A DNA stretch of 64,000 bases from Sarea resinae (taxonomy: Eukaryota), in assembly GCA_026026165.1 (NCBI GenBank), contig JAPEUD010000014.1, positions 186,001 to 250,000 of the forward strand. The letters run 5' to 3'. The notes beneath the pieces were generated by a model. It was not told the DNA's origin. It searched no databases and saw nothing but the letters and a program-made list of their open reading frames with translations. A program made the position numbers and the translations under genes. The stretch's first letter is position 1, and every line of letters starts with the position of its first letter. Below, piece by piece: positions 51,324 through 64,000 of this stretch.

Positions 51324-53929
51324 ATGACCGCCAACCCCCTCCGCGCTGCCATCCTCATCATCTCCCAGACCGCCTCCAAGGACCCTTCCACCGACGCTGC
51401 TGGGCCCGCTCTCCGCGACGTCTTCGCGAGCGAGGGCGGCGAGCAATGGCAGGTCGTCGAGACGCAGATCGTGCCGGACAGCGTCCTAGAGGTCCAACGG
51501 GCGGTGACAGGCTGGGCTGATGGTGCGGCGAAGGATGGGGCTATCAACCTCGTCGTAACGAGTGGGGGCACGGGATTCGCGGTCGGAGATGTGACGCCTG
51601 AGGTAGGTGGTCGTTTGAGTGGGGACTTCCATTGCTTTTCGCATGGGAAAAAGACAGTTGGGTGGACATAGAGGGCAAGGGTGGAAGAAGGGCTTTTTCC
51701 TCTGTGAAGGACTGGCCTTGTGGACTTGGTTGCTGAGCTGCGTTTTCTTAGGCTATTACCCCCCTCATTCATAGACATGCGCCTGGACTCGTGTAAGTTT
51801 GGTCTTTCGTGCCGTTGTGTCGCGTTGGCTTCCTTATTTGACACGGGCTTATTTCATCGGTAGGCATGGCATGCTCGCGGCATCTCTATCAGTTACGCCA
51901 TGTAAGGTTTCCTCGTGATTGTAATATCATCATTCTGCCTAGACCCAAGAACCATCCCTACGAACCTAGAAGTAATCTAATCAATGCTGGCTACAGTTGC
52001 CTTGATGTCTCGACCAGTCGCCGGCGTCCGCAACAAGACCCTCATACTCACTCTTCCCGGCTCCCCTAAAGGCGCAAAGGAGAATCTACAAGCCGTACTC
52101 AAACTCCTTCCGCACGCGTGCGTGCAGGCTGCTGGCGCAGATTCGAGAAGTTTACACGCCGGCGGTGTGAAGAAGCTAGAGAAGGAGGCGGGTATAGAAG
52201 CTGGTCCTAGCTCCGTTGTTGGAGATGCAAACCGAGGGGCCCGTGGAGGCCACCATCATGGGCCCGGCCACGCACATTCACACGGCCATGCGCACGGACG
52301 AGGTGGTCATGTTGGCGCTGTTGCCCGTACTGATCCTGAGGCGCAACATCGGTCCAATGATCCTAGCCAGGGGCCGACACAACGGTCGCGTGCTTCGCCC
52401 TGGCCGATGCTGTCAGTGGAAGATGCGAGCGGACTCATCGCCGAGAAAATGCCACCACCCACGGTCGTCCGGGCCGCAGTGACACCACGACTTGTCGGGT
52501 CCGTGCTGGCTGAGGATGTCACAGCCACGGAGGCGGTACCGGCTTACAGGGCCAGTATCGTGGATGGCTACGCCGTGGTGTTGTCGTCTGGGCAAGGTGG
52601 ACGCGGCTCGAAAGGCGTATTCCCCGTGGTTTCAGTCTCCCACGCGGCGCCAGGGGAGATTCCTGCTCTCAAGGAAGGGCAGATCGCGCGGATCACGACT
52701 GGGGCGCCGCTCCCTCCTGGGGCGACATCTGTCGTCATGGTCGAGGACACAGTGTTGAAAAGCATGACGGACGACGGCCAGGAAGAGAAAGAAGTCGAGA
52801 TCCTCACAGCCGACATCAAACCCGGTGAGAACGTGCGGGAGATCGGCAGCGACATCCAGGCCGGCGATATCATCCTGCGCAAGGGAGAAGGCATCAGTGC
52901 GGTAGGTGGAGAATTGGGCCTGCTTGCATCCGTGGGAAAAGCCGAGGTGGCCATCTACAAGAAACCCGCCGTTGGTGTTTTGAGCACGGGAGACGAGGTC
53001 GTGCAACACGATCGGGCGGGGCCGTTGAGAGCAGGCGAGGTCAGAGACTGTAACAGACCGACCCTCATGGCAGCGATACAGGGCTGGGGATTCGATGTCG
53101 TCGATCTAGGCGTTGTGGGAGATACGTAAGTTACTTTCCCTTTCCTTCCTGCCTTTCTTTCCTTCTCTCAGTATCCCCCCACCATTCCAACAGCACACGA
53201 CTTGTTCCTCCCTCTCTTCACGCACCAATTACATCTAAGGCCTGCTATATTATTAGTTATTATACTAACAAGAAGCTCGAACTCGACAGTCGAGGCGCTC
53301 TAGAAACCGTCCTCCGCCGCTCCCTGCGCCAAGTCGACGTCATCGTCACCAGCGGCGGCGTCAGCATGGGCGAGCTCGACCTCCTAAAACCGACCATCGA
53401 GCGCTCCCTCGGCGGAACGATCCACTTCGGGCGCGTGGCCATGAAGCCCGGCAAGCCGACGACGTTCGCCACGGTGCCGTTCAAGGCCAGCGACGGCACG
53501 CGCGCGCCCGCCGCCCCGGGGCACACGACGCGCGCCGTCTTCTCGCTGCCCGGCAACCCGGCCTCGGCCGTCGTCACGGCGCACCTCTTCGTGCTGCCGG
53601 CGCTGCACCGCCTGGCCGGCGTGGCGCCCGTCGGCTTGCCCCGCGTCCGCGTCACCCTCGCCCACGACGTCCCGCTCGACCCGCACAGGCGCGAGTATCA
53701 TCGCGCCGTCGTCTCTGCTGCTGCTCCTGCTGCTGCAGCTGCGGCTGCGTCCGCCGAGCACGACGAGCCCGATGGCCGCTTGTATGCTAGTAGTACGGGC
53801 TTCCAGCGCAGTAGTCGCGTCGGCAGTTTCAGGGGCGCCAATGCCCTGCTGTGTCTTCCGGCTCGCGAGGGCGTTCTGAGGAAAGGGGAGAGGGTTGAGG
53901 CATTGCTTATGGGACGGCTGGTTGGGTGA
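51324..53929 (+). CDS. cnxE: Gephyrin-like molybdenum cofactor biosynthesis protein (MogA/G + MoeA/E domains), 5 exons
   Basis: LVVTSGGTGFAVGDVTPE, LMSRPVAGVR, TLPGSPKG, His-rich linker, YRASIVDGYAV, RITTGAPLP, STGDE, TSGGVSMGELD, VAMKPGKP, LPGNPASA. Confidence 0.93.
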
Positions 53930-54457
53930 TTGAGGAGTGAGTGAGCGAGCGGGCGGGTGAGTGGGTGCGTGAGCGAGTCGACTCTAGTCACGTCCAGTGG
54001 GAGCCATCATAGATCTATATAGCCATAGTAATCCAAACAGGTGTAGAGGGTTGCGATTATAATATACTTATACCTACATACTTACATATGTATAGTTTCT
54101 TGTCTGCTGCCTACTCCTGTTCCATCTTCTATCTAACCCCTTCCCCTCCACACTCTCTCTCCCTTTCTATAAGCAATAACCTCGCACTTCCCCCCCTTTC
54201 TCTCTCTCTCTCTCTCCCTCCTTCCCATCCGTCATGAATATAGAAGCGTTCTCTCGAGGTACCTTCCCTGATATGATGTAGGCAGGCAGGCAGGCATGTA
54301 GGTAGGCATGTAGGTAAGTATGTGGCTAGATGATGATGATGATGATGATGATGATGGTGAAACAAGTTAGTGATAAGATATATCGGGGGTAGGCTTCCCA
54401 TCCCTCTCTTCTATCCACCTTTATTAAACTCACTTCATTTTAGATCGCACAAGGTTT

Positions 54458-54999
54458 CCTCCCCCAAGGACGGCTTGATCCATCCATCCATCCATCCATA
54501 CACGCTTCCCGCTTCCCGCTTAGTAGACGGGCAATTAGCATGGCCTGAACCCGAGCCCTAATCCACTCACGTGCCATGGCCATCATTTCATTTTTTTTTC
54601 ACAGGCTTCGAAGACGATCATGATGATGACTTTGTAACTTTTCTTGATTCAGTTTAACGGCGCAATAGGCCTGCCCTGATGAGGGTCCCGTAACAATTCT
54701 ATCTAGTAATACAGACGACAAGAAGTGACCTCCCCCAAGGACGGCTTGATCCATCCATCCATCCATCCATACACGCTTCCCGCTTCCCGCTTAGTAGACG
54801 GGCAATTAGCATGGCCTGAACCCGAGCCCTAATCCACTCACGTGCCATGGCCATCATTTCATTTTTTTTTCACAGGCTTCGAAGACGATCATGATGATGA
54901 CTTTGTAACTTTTCTTGATTCAGTTTAACGGCGCAATAGGCCTGCCCTGATGAGGGTCCCGTAACAATTCTATCTAGTAATACAGACGACAAGAAGTGA
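54458..54999. repeat. Perfect direct tandem duplication, 2 x 271 bp (54458-54728, 54729-54999)
   Basis: Both copies run cctcccccaaggacggc...cagacgacaagaagtga and look identical by eye, including the T9 run. Confidence 0.95.
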
Positions 55000-55656
55000 A
55001 AACCAAACAGCAAAGATACGGGAGCAGCCAACCGAAGTATCCCAACCCGATCGATTTCCGTCATGCTTTTTTTGCAACAAACTCCGCGTCGATAAGCAAG
55101 ACCATTACGGTACCAGGCTTCCAGAAACACCCCATATCGACAAAGGAGGCCGTTGCGACTTCGTGCTTTGAGAAGAACTCCATATCGACAAGCAATGCCG
55201 CCATGCCATCATGCTTTGGAAACTCCGGCTGTCAAAATCCATGTACACGCTCTGACGCCAAGACCGCCGTATCGAAAATCCTATTGGTGTAGAACAAGAG
55301 AAGTAGGATTTTGGATGACGAGAAACGAAGAAAGAATGTGCTTTGGTTGCACTGTGTGTAAGAGTGTTGTTGTCATTAAGCACGGCCGTAGCATCAATGC
55401 TTCAAAAACTCCCCGTCTGTCCAAATGGCATGTCTTCGTTATCATGCCCTAAAGAAATCCATCAATCGTATCTCGCATGGTCTAGTTATCATGCTAAACT
55501 CCGCCGTATTGAAGTCTCCTGTTGATGAAGGACAAGAGGTGTGGTGGTGTGACGAGTAGTTGTGAGGAGAGAATGACCGTCTTCGGCCAGTGTGTAAGAG
55601 TGCATCGACTGTGCGCATGCCCATGTTTCATGTCGCACCCCGCCAAGGCGACTCAG

Positions 55657-58600
55657 CTAATCAATGCTAAAGTCTCCATTGAACCCACCATTCAGCAACT
55701 CGGCCACAATTCTTCTTCGCTGGGTGGGGATATCCTCATGGGAATATGCCAACGGATTGATACCCATCATAATCAACTTCGCAGTTGTGACGGTGAAAAC
55801 ACCACAATCAGAACCATTGCTCTGTTTTGGCGATCGATTGGGTACGAATTTCCATTCGTCGTCAACATAATCTCTCCCAAGCTCGGCTTTAATCCATTTC
55901 TTGACGCGCTTGACATGAACCTCATGATTTAGCTCATAGAGACTGTCATAGAATTCGATTTGGCGATCAATGGGACTCAACACCATAAGTGTCCAGTGAT
56001 TTCCAAGATGCACCGGGATGAAGATTTTTTCCACTTTCAAAAGGTTTTTGCCACCAACCTTGGCTCTGGATGCCCAACGACAGACGCTCAGTGGGCCGCC
56101 ATTTTTCTCATCAGCGAGCTTCGTGTAGAAAAATGTACTGAAGCCATGGACCTTCGGTGTGGCCCCGCGACGTTCCTCCGTGTCCGTCTTCTGCTTGCCA
56201 TAAGCTACCACGGCGTCCATGTATGCGTTGATGATTACATCATTGAGCCAGTCATCGTGCATTCTTCCAGAGGTAGGAAGCACGGTCCCAAAGTCCTTCC
56301 TAGTCAAAGGCTGTCCAGCCACCGACTTCGCAAGCTCTGCGTCAGGATTGCGCGTCGCCATTGCAGTGTCTACTTTGGCATTCCACTCGGCCGTCAAGGG
56401 TGTAATCACCTTTCCGGGCGGTATTATGCGCTGACGTCTGCGTTGAATGTCTGCCGCAGCTTCGACTTCTTTTTGGGCTTGTTCGGCTTTCGCCTGCTCA
56501 CGCTCCGCCTGCTCCTTCTCTTCCTGCAACCGGCGCTCTTCCTCCTCCCTCTTTTTACGTGAGGAACGTGTCCGCTTCGAGATAGTTAGAACGCCAAAGT
56601 CCTTTTCGATGGCATCAGTGACGCTCGAGCCAGTTGCATCTACGTGGGCCTGTGGTGTGACAGGAACACTAGCGTTAGGATTCGATGTAATTTCACTTGG
56701 CTCAGCTTTGGCAAGTTGATCAACACGAGGCACTGCTTGTGCAGGAGTACTCGGAGTCGGAGAGGAACCTTCAGACGAAGTCATTGCAGATGCAGCTTTA
56801 TCCTCCAACGTGTTCAGTATTTTGCTCTCGGACAGCTTCTCCTTCGCATCTCCCTTGTCACTGCTTTGCTCGGTAACATCCTCAGACTCGCCACGATTCG
56901 AGTTTATCGGCAGTCCTGCTTCATCCTGTCGATGCCGTCCCCCTTCACCAGCAGCAACCACGCCGCTCAGCTCGGATGAATTCGCGAGGAGAATCTCGCT
57001 CTGCGAACTCATCGAGGAGCACGGGTGCGCGTTGGTGACGGGTTCTTGCAAAAGCGGATGTCCGTCGCGGAGACTAGATGTCGGCGCGGTAGAGAAAAGA
57101 TTGCCTAGAGGATGATTGCTAGCCTCGATCTGTTTCGCAGCCAGAGGGCTATCCGTAGCCGATCCCTCTTCGATGCTGTCGAACGTGGGAGCTTTTCGAT
57201 GAGATGGGCTCGGAGATTGCGGATACCCGATGGGTTCTCCGACCACGTACAGCCTCAGTCTGCTGGTAGGATTACCAGAGGTCGGGCTGTGGTAGAATAC
57301 CACGCGCTTGCCCGGGGTTCTCTTTTTGCCCGAGCGAGCCGCAAGACTGCTGCGGCGAGGGATGCTCTTGGAAGTTCCGATCTCTTCCTTTCTCAACCGA
57401 CGCCGTTGCGCAATTGCGCTGGAGACCTTGTTCGGCGACACGACTTGGAGAGCACGCTTCAGGTTGGCAGTGCCTCCCTGTGATGCGCTAGGTGCTTCCT
57501 GCGCGTCGGGCAACGCTCCTTGCATATCGGTGTCGAGATTGTCACGTGATACATACATAGAAGCCTCCTCTGAGGATTGTCGAGCTTGAGAGTGCTGGAG
57601 GCTCGCCATGAACTCCGCTCGTTTCTCGGCTTTCTGCAGCTCTTGAGCCGACAATTGTCCATCAATCACCATATCCTCGGCATCGGAGTCGGAATCGTCG
57701 CTATCAGACATCACAATATCACGATCGCCAAGATCATGACTAATTGAGATTGGCACCTGAAAGCTGAAATCGTTGGGGCGGAAATGGGCCATAGGATCTT
57801 CACCACCTGTGTTTGGACGAGAGATTTGCTCAAGAGGAGAAAACGTTGACCTCACAGGCGAAAAGTCCAGATTCATTAACGGAACGTTCATGACTGAGGT
57901 CATCTGCGTCAGAATAGCCTCACGTTGCAGAATTTCCAGGGCGCTTGGCGGGCTTGATCGGAGTCGGGGAGAGCGTGGAGGGGATCCCAGACGTTGCCGC
58001 GGAGATCGAGGACGGTTCTCACGCTCGATTCTAGCTTCTACAACGAGCTGCCGAGGGTTTGTGGTAGGCCTGATGTGATGGAATACCTCGACTGCCCGAC
58101 GTTTCACGCCACCAGCGACTTCGTAAACAGCAATACCTGTCTGACGTGCCCTGCGACTGCGGACTAGTGCTCGACCTCCTGAAATGGTTGAGGAAACACC
58201 CCACCTGATGAAGTTGACCGTTTGAAGCATCATTCCCACAACACGGTTGAATAGCCTCCTCGCTGGAACAGGCTGAAGAGTGGGTGTCAGTATCGGATAC
58301 AAGATATGTCGTCGCGGGCTAACGCGAAGAGTCTCAAAGAAAAAGCACAAAATGCTGAGGTGAGAAATCTTGACTTACCTCGTAGGCTATGTAAGGAACA
58401 ACCACCGGCTGCGCGCCCGCTCCATTTATCACCACCGCGTTAGGATCCTGTTGACGTGGCGTCTGAGGTCCAGCACCACCAGACATGAACACTTGTGACG
58501 TAAATGATGATCCGTCGATATCCATCGCATCCTCATCGTCTGAAAATTGTGACTGAACAGGTGTCACCATCATGCCATCGTGGCCTGAGTACTCCTCAAC

Positions 58601-58711
58601 CATTTCACCATTGCTATACTCTCCAAAGTTCCTCTTCTCCCCAATTATTTGGGGGTAGCCCACCCGCTCTTTCGGGGGCGTATCGTACTTCCAGTCCATG
58701 GGTGATGACAT
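55657..58711 (-). CDS. ULP1: Ulp1-family SUMO protease (peptidase C48), 2 exons (intron 58273-58378)
   Basis: C-terminal WLNDVIINAY, FSTFFY, IFIPVHLGNHWTL, FYDSL, PKQSNGSDCGVF (His-Asp-Cys triad), after a long disordered N-terminus. Confidence 0.88.
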
Positions 58712-59443
58712 GGATGGAGAGATTCGGCGGCAACCGGCCGCGACGGATTGAGAGAAGTCGCAAATGTGTCTCGTAAGTGAAGGAGAAGTAAACGGAGTGA
58801 TGGTTGTGAAGTACAGAAACAGCTTTGTACTGGCTGTCCAGAGCGATCGTTGTCAATCACGAAGGAAATGATGGGAAGAAAACGGTGGCAATGAGGTGGG
58901 TGGAGGGCGAGTCGTGGTGGGTGTTGTTGTGGAAGTGATGGAAGAGAGGGCGGGTGGTAAGGAAGAAGAGGTGGTGGGTCCTGTTGTTGTCACCGTAGAG
59001 ACGAGTCGCGGTGAATTGGAAGGAGTGGACATTGTCGTGGTGAAAGCCGGAAGTGGCAGGCAGGGACGACAACAATGAGTGAATGTGGTGGTGACGATGG
59101 GGGGTGGTGGGTGAGGTGGTGTTGACTTCTAGACTTCCCTCTTTCGGCAAGAGGGTTGGAGGTGAATGAGATCCGACGATGAATGAGTTGAACGGATGCA
59201 CTTTCGCGAATTCCATGGGCGATCGCTCGTTGGGCACGTGATCCCTCCCCAAATGATGGAGGGATTCCCCCACGCGGAAGCGTTTCCGCCCACTGAACCC
59301 CGCCATGCGTCATGGATGGATCCCGCTGTTACCTCCACCTGCCTTAGTTTACGGTAGCTTCCATCGTTATTCATGATGTTTCACGACACCAAGGAGTGTG
59401 GATATATACAGGTACTGAAGTAGGGGTAGAAACTGTCTTCAGC

Positions 59444-60563
59444 ATGGCCCTCACCGATGAGGATGCCGCTCTCGAATGCATTACCACCCTCATTCCCCTC
59501 TCTCCCGAACGGGCCTCCTCCTCGACCCGGATCGATGCACTCCTCAATTCTCGCACTAGCGATCCCTTCCCCGACATCCACGAGCTCTTTTCCCTCTACA
59601 ACATCCTCTACTTTCGCAGTCTTCTCCTCCCGCGTGTAGAAGTTTCGTGGTCGAGTCGTTTGACGTTGTAAGTGCGCGTTGCCTCCCTGTGCGTAGTGCT
59701 AGACCTGATGATTGGATGGGCTGGATATCAATAATGAAATCAATCTTTGACATGATGAAGATGCGCAGGGATCTGCGAGCTCGTGAAAGATGCCCAAGGC
59801 AAATATAGACGCATAAGGTTGAAGCTCTCGGAGCCACTGTTGAGATACCGTCCCCGAGAGGATATGGTCAACACGCTCCTCCATGAGTCAGATTGCCTCT
59901 ATCACATCCCGAAAGGGTAGTCCGTCAATCTAACGTGCCATCAGAGCAATCCACGCCTACTTCTTTATCACCACATCCTGGCGACACACTCGTGATGATG
60001 GTCACGGCGCCGGTTTTCAGCTCCTTGCTGACGCCATCTCCAACCACGGCGGCTACGAGATTACCGTCTACCATACCTTTCATGATGAGGTGGACAGCTA
60101 CCGGAAGCATATCTGGCAATGTAACGGCCGGTGTAAAGATCAGCCTCCTCATCTCGGTGTGGTGAAAAGAAGTATGAATCGAGCACCTGGGCCAAGCGAT
60201 TGGTGGTGGAAAGATCATCAAGTGAAGTGTGGAGGGCAGTATGAGAAGATTGCAGAGCCCGAGATGACGAAGGAGCAAGAGAGAAGGTTGGCTGGGATGA
60301 AGAGAGCGGGGAGGCAGAAGAATAAAATTGATAAGTGGGTTAAGCGTGGTGAATTTACTTCACCTCAGGAGGCAATTGAAAGACCGGCAGAAGATACTGT
60401 CCAAGTAGGTGAAGGATCTACGAAAGGTGGAGCGCCGAGCGCGGAACATTTTGGAGAGGACTACTGCTCTGAAAAGAAGAAGCTGGTTGCCTGTCCTGTC
60501 TGCGATCAGCCTGTAGTAGGAAATAGCATGAATTCACATCTGGACATGGAGCATCCTCCATGA
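59444..60563 (+). CDS. SprT-like (Spartan family) metalloprotease with C-terminal UBZ-type zinc finger, 3 exons
   Basis: PDIHELFSLYNILYF, WSSRLTL|CAGIC, IRLKLSEPLLRYRPR, TLLHE|AIHAYFF (HExxH), HIWQCNGRC, VKRSMNRAPGPSDWWW, CGGQYEK, CPVCDQ...MNSHLD. Confidence 0.9.
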
Positions 60564-60909
60564 CCGTACGAAGTAAGCGAATCGCTTGTCAAATCTCTGA
60601 GTGTATTCTTAATAGCCTAGCAACTAGTTGCCGTGCTTCTTTTATGCAGCGAGCAGGATCGTTTCAAAGAACAGGTAGTAGGAAAAGGAAAAACAGGATC
60701 TCTCTTCACTCATCGAAACGTAGTCTGTGTCGATGGCAGCAGAAATCCAGCAATGCAGAAAAATGATGCCATATGAACGCTGGGTCTAACTTGAGCTGTA
60801 GCGTTGAGACAGTAGGTTACCATTCAGGATCTCTGGCCTCCTAAAGTGTAGACTTGAGAAAAAAAGCCAACGAGACAGCAGCAGATCATCTCTTGAGTGC
60901 CCGAAAACT

Positions 60910-63663
60910 CTAGAAATCCGGCGGGTCGAAGAGCGGGTGCTTCGGTAGAAGTGCTCCAGATCTGATTGGAGAGCCAGAGGCCGGACTAGATACGAGCTTC
61001 GGGCTCCAACGCTTCGAAACTCCGTATTGGATCGCGGCTTTCTCTTCTCTCTTCTTTCCCTCTTCTTTCATGATTTTGAGGCATCGCGTGCGAATATCCT
61101 GGAAAGCGAGAAAAGTAGCCAAAGGTGCGCCCATGCCTTCCAACACTGTTTGAATGTCGATCAGGTGTTTTCTAACCATACTATCGGGATAGCAGAAAGT
61201 ACGGACACTCATTTCCCTTGCGAGTGCCTTCCAATGGTAGAGCATAGAGCTTAATTGGAGCCGGTCACGTCCAACTTCCCCGTAAAAGCGGAAATGTTTG
61301 CTGTTGATGGAAATGAGCTCGCATTGGGTAGCCTGGTCGAACTGGAATTCGATTACTTGAGGCCGTCCTTTGGACCTCCAGTAGTCAGTGATCTTGACGA
61401 CAGATTCGACAGATATGCGGTCTTCACGACGTTGGGTCATGAGGTAGGTATTTGCGGTAACGCAAATCATCAGTTCAAGCTCGCCGTAGACGCTGCATTG
61501 CGTAATCGGATCGAGTGAGACAGGGAATTTGCTGATGACGGGCGATGGCTTTGGGCCGTCACTCATGACCAGATTTACCAAGTCCCCCGTCTATAGACTA
61601 TGTGTCAGTGTATTGATCGCGACTGGGAGATTTGACAAGAAGCCATACAAACTCTCCGACACGTTCTTTGATCTTGCCTCCCCAGGCTTTGAATCCAGTC
61701 TTCTTGTTCTGATCGCTCTGCAAATCTTTTGCACTGACACTGCGTCCGAGCAAGCCCTTCTCCCCAAACATCTTCTTCATCGGTGACCTAGAGCGTTTCA
61801 CCAGATTCGTGGCACTTTCGCTGGTAGCTTGCGGCGGCATATCCTTGGATTTTTCATGCGACACTCTATTCATGGAGCGACCGCGATCGGCAAGGTAATT
61901 ATCATCCGGCACCATCGTAGGATAGGAGTTGCCTGTAAGTCTACCAGAGGTTTTGTAATAAGACGCGTTGGTTGGTTTGGGCGGTACAGAAAACGCTAAG
62001 CCACCCTCAGAAGCGGACTTGAAGAGAACCTGTTGTGGATTGACAGTCCCATTCGTAGCTCTCTGCTGGCCTTGATGAGAAGCTTGGGGCTCCCAGGAAG
62101 GCTCTTCTTCAGGGATCATCGTCCACTGAACGTTGCGCTCCGTGGCGAAAGGATTGGAATTCTCCAAGCCAAAATAGCGAGCGTAGCTGTACATGTCAGA
62201 TCAGTCAGATCAACAAACTACTGGACATTGGAGGCTCACTCGTCACCCATTTCCAGATGATCACCGTGACTTGGTTGTGGACTAAATTTGGTAGGGTCAA
62301 GAAGAATGTCAAGCGATTGACTTCGTTGAAGCTCCTGAGTGGCAGTTTTTGAGCTCAGGATGTCGCGGGTGAGCGATTTGAAAGCGTGCTTTGTAGAGCT
62401 TGACGAGCGATCCGTCGAAGACAAGACCGTTGACCTGGTTGAAGGAGCGCCTGAGGAACCAGTCGAGCGATCGCCGACTGGTACGCCAGAGTAGACTGTG
62501 GTCACTGAATCAATGTTATCGACCAATAATGGAGACGTGTGATCTCTGTCAGTCAGTGGCTTCTTCAAACTGTAGTCCACGTCGTCTGCTGCACCATCAA
62601 GAGAGAATGATAGATAATGTAGGTCTGAAGCAGTCATCGACCGAGGTGCACCACGAAGATGCTCGTCAGGTACGAGATGATCGGTCCAGGAGCGATTACT
62701 CGAAGACGTGGAAGAATCTACCGCGAGAGTAGCAAATGGCCCTAACCCGGCGACAGAGTGGCGACGACCACGATATTCACGAGAGACTGGTGGGCCAGGT
62801 GGCTTTGATTTGTTCCGAGTATCCCTTCGTAGTAAAGTGGACACTTTTCGTGACAATTTCGACCGCAAGCCTGCTGCGTAATGACTAAGTTCTCGTCTCA
62901 GCCTCTGTTGCGGGCTTTTCCCCCCTATAGGTGAGTCTAGATTTCCCTTCACGGCTGTTTCATTCTGCTCTATCCCGCCGCCTTCACCAGTGAACGTATC
63001 TGCAGAGCACCAAGCACCTTCCGACGCGCCGGTGATGCCAGAGCGTAATGTAATAACCGGACGTTCACGTATTATATCTAGAGATGTCGGAGCATTGTCA
63101 GGATGATAGGTGTTCGGACGCGGACGTGGACGCTCCTCAAAAGACTCTTCTGGCTCAGGGACCCTGCAAAGCAGTTCCGCTGTATTTGATTGTGTACTTG
63201 GAGTAGAAGCAACCGGAATTGGGGAGGGAATCTGCGGTGCTCAAGAATTAGCATCATTACGTCTTACTAGTTTGGTGACTTCTGGTCACAGAGAATGAAT
63301 GTAGCATAGTAAGCGTACCCCTTGGAGTTTGAAATCGTGTCTCCACGTACGCCAGATGTCTCCTTCGTCCCCTAGCCCCGATGCATTGTTCTCGCCCCGT
63401 AACACGTCGTAGAAGATCGACATGGCCTTGGGAGTATTTGTATCGCCATAGCGGGTAACAAATCGCTGTTTCACTTCCTGGACACCTTCTGCGTATCGGA
63501 AATAGCGAGTAATTTCTGTCCCCAGTTGAAACTGTAAGAATTCACGGCAATCGTCCTCATCAAACTCCAAGTCCTTGTTTTCGTCCTCTGCGTCTGCGTC
63601 TGTCGAGTAGATCGTCTCTCGACAAGAGCTGAAAAAGAACATGGCGAAGGAATAAGAGAGCAA
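60910..63663 (-). CDS. Uncharacterised fungal protein, at least 4 exons; 5' end uncertain
   Basis: ORFs 63286-63663, 62236-62952 (extended), 61598-62194 and 60910-61581 join in frame through GTACGC..CAG, GTGAGC..CAG and GTATGG..TAG introns. The C-terminal part looks globular (ELELMICVTANTYL...KGRPQVIEFQFDQATQ...MSVRTFCYPDS). Confidence 0.7.
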
Positions 63664-64000
63664 GGATCAAATCTGAAGCTATGTGGGCTCCTGGCCGTCA
63701 TGAACGGCGAGCAAGAGGTGTTGGGGATCGGGGCTTTGGAGGAGAGGTGAAGATTAATAAGTCCCGCAGAACGTGAGATTTGCTTAAGCTTCACTGCGAG
63801 GTCAAATAGCCCTTATGCTGCCATGCGATCAACGCATTCCCCTCTTCTGGTGAAGAGGGAAGTATTTTGTGGATTCATAGTCCACAATGTCACAACACAG
63901 GGCATGATGTTGCCACGCTCTTTGAACCACGAACAGTCTCATTCTCTGAGTCCCAGACTTGCCATTGATCGTTCGATACTTCTGCCCCTTAATATGGAAG

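Noticed and set aside
54534..54545. ATTAGCATGGCC matching part of U6 snRNA
   Set aside because: Only a 12-nt match; no ACAGAGA box or flanking U6 sequence.
54617..54682. Possible C/D-box snoRNA (ATGATGA...CTGA) within the duplicated unit
   Set aside because: Short, the C box is part of a (GAT)n run, and no rRNA-complementary guide was recognised.

Overview
Eukaryotic, intron-containing fungal genomic DNA (Ascomycota, Pezizomycotina-like GT..CTRAY..YAG introns of about 50-100 nt). The first ~10 kb has no recognisable gene and is rich in simple repeats. It is followed by a dense run of mostly housekeeping genes: a 3-finger C2H2 TF, a 17-exon Yvc1/TRP-like channel, PKC1, BCP1, a small hydrophilic conidiation-protein-like gene, intron-containing tRNA-Leu(CAA), VPS15, U2A'/LEA1, PI31, ATG18, a TYW4/PPM2-Kelch-JmjC fusion, a PPS1-like phosphatase, TFIIA-gamma, VMA16, a gephyrin/CnxE Moco enzyme, a ULP1-like protease, a SprT-like protease and an uncharacterised protein. 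The most unusual parts are a truncated, stop-containing 5' relic of GMP synthase (GUA1) head-to-head with BCP1, and a RIP-like degenerate transposon with a nested short TG..CA element between the tRNA and VPS15. Also of note are a micro-exon-fragmented channel pore with a possible twin intron, a perfect 271-bp tandem duplication, and recurring clusters of GTAC/TAGGTA/TACGGAGTA palindromic motifs in intergenic DNA. I found no clearly novel multi-gene system. Exon boundaries were traced by eye, and protein identities come from motif recognition, not database searches.
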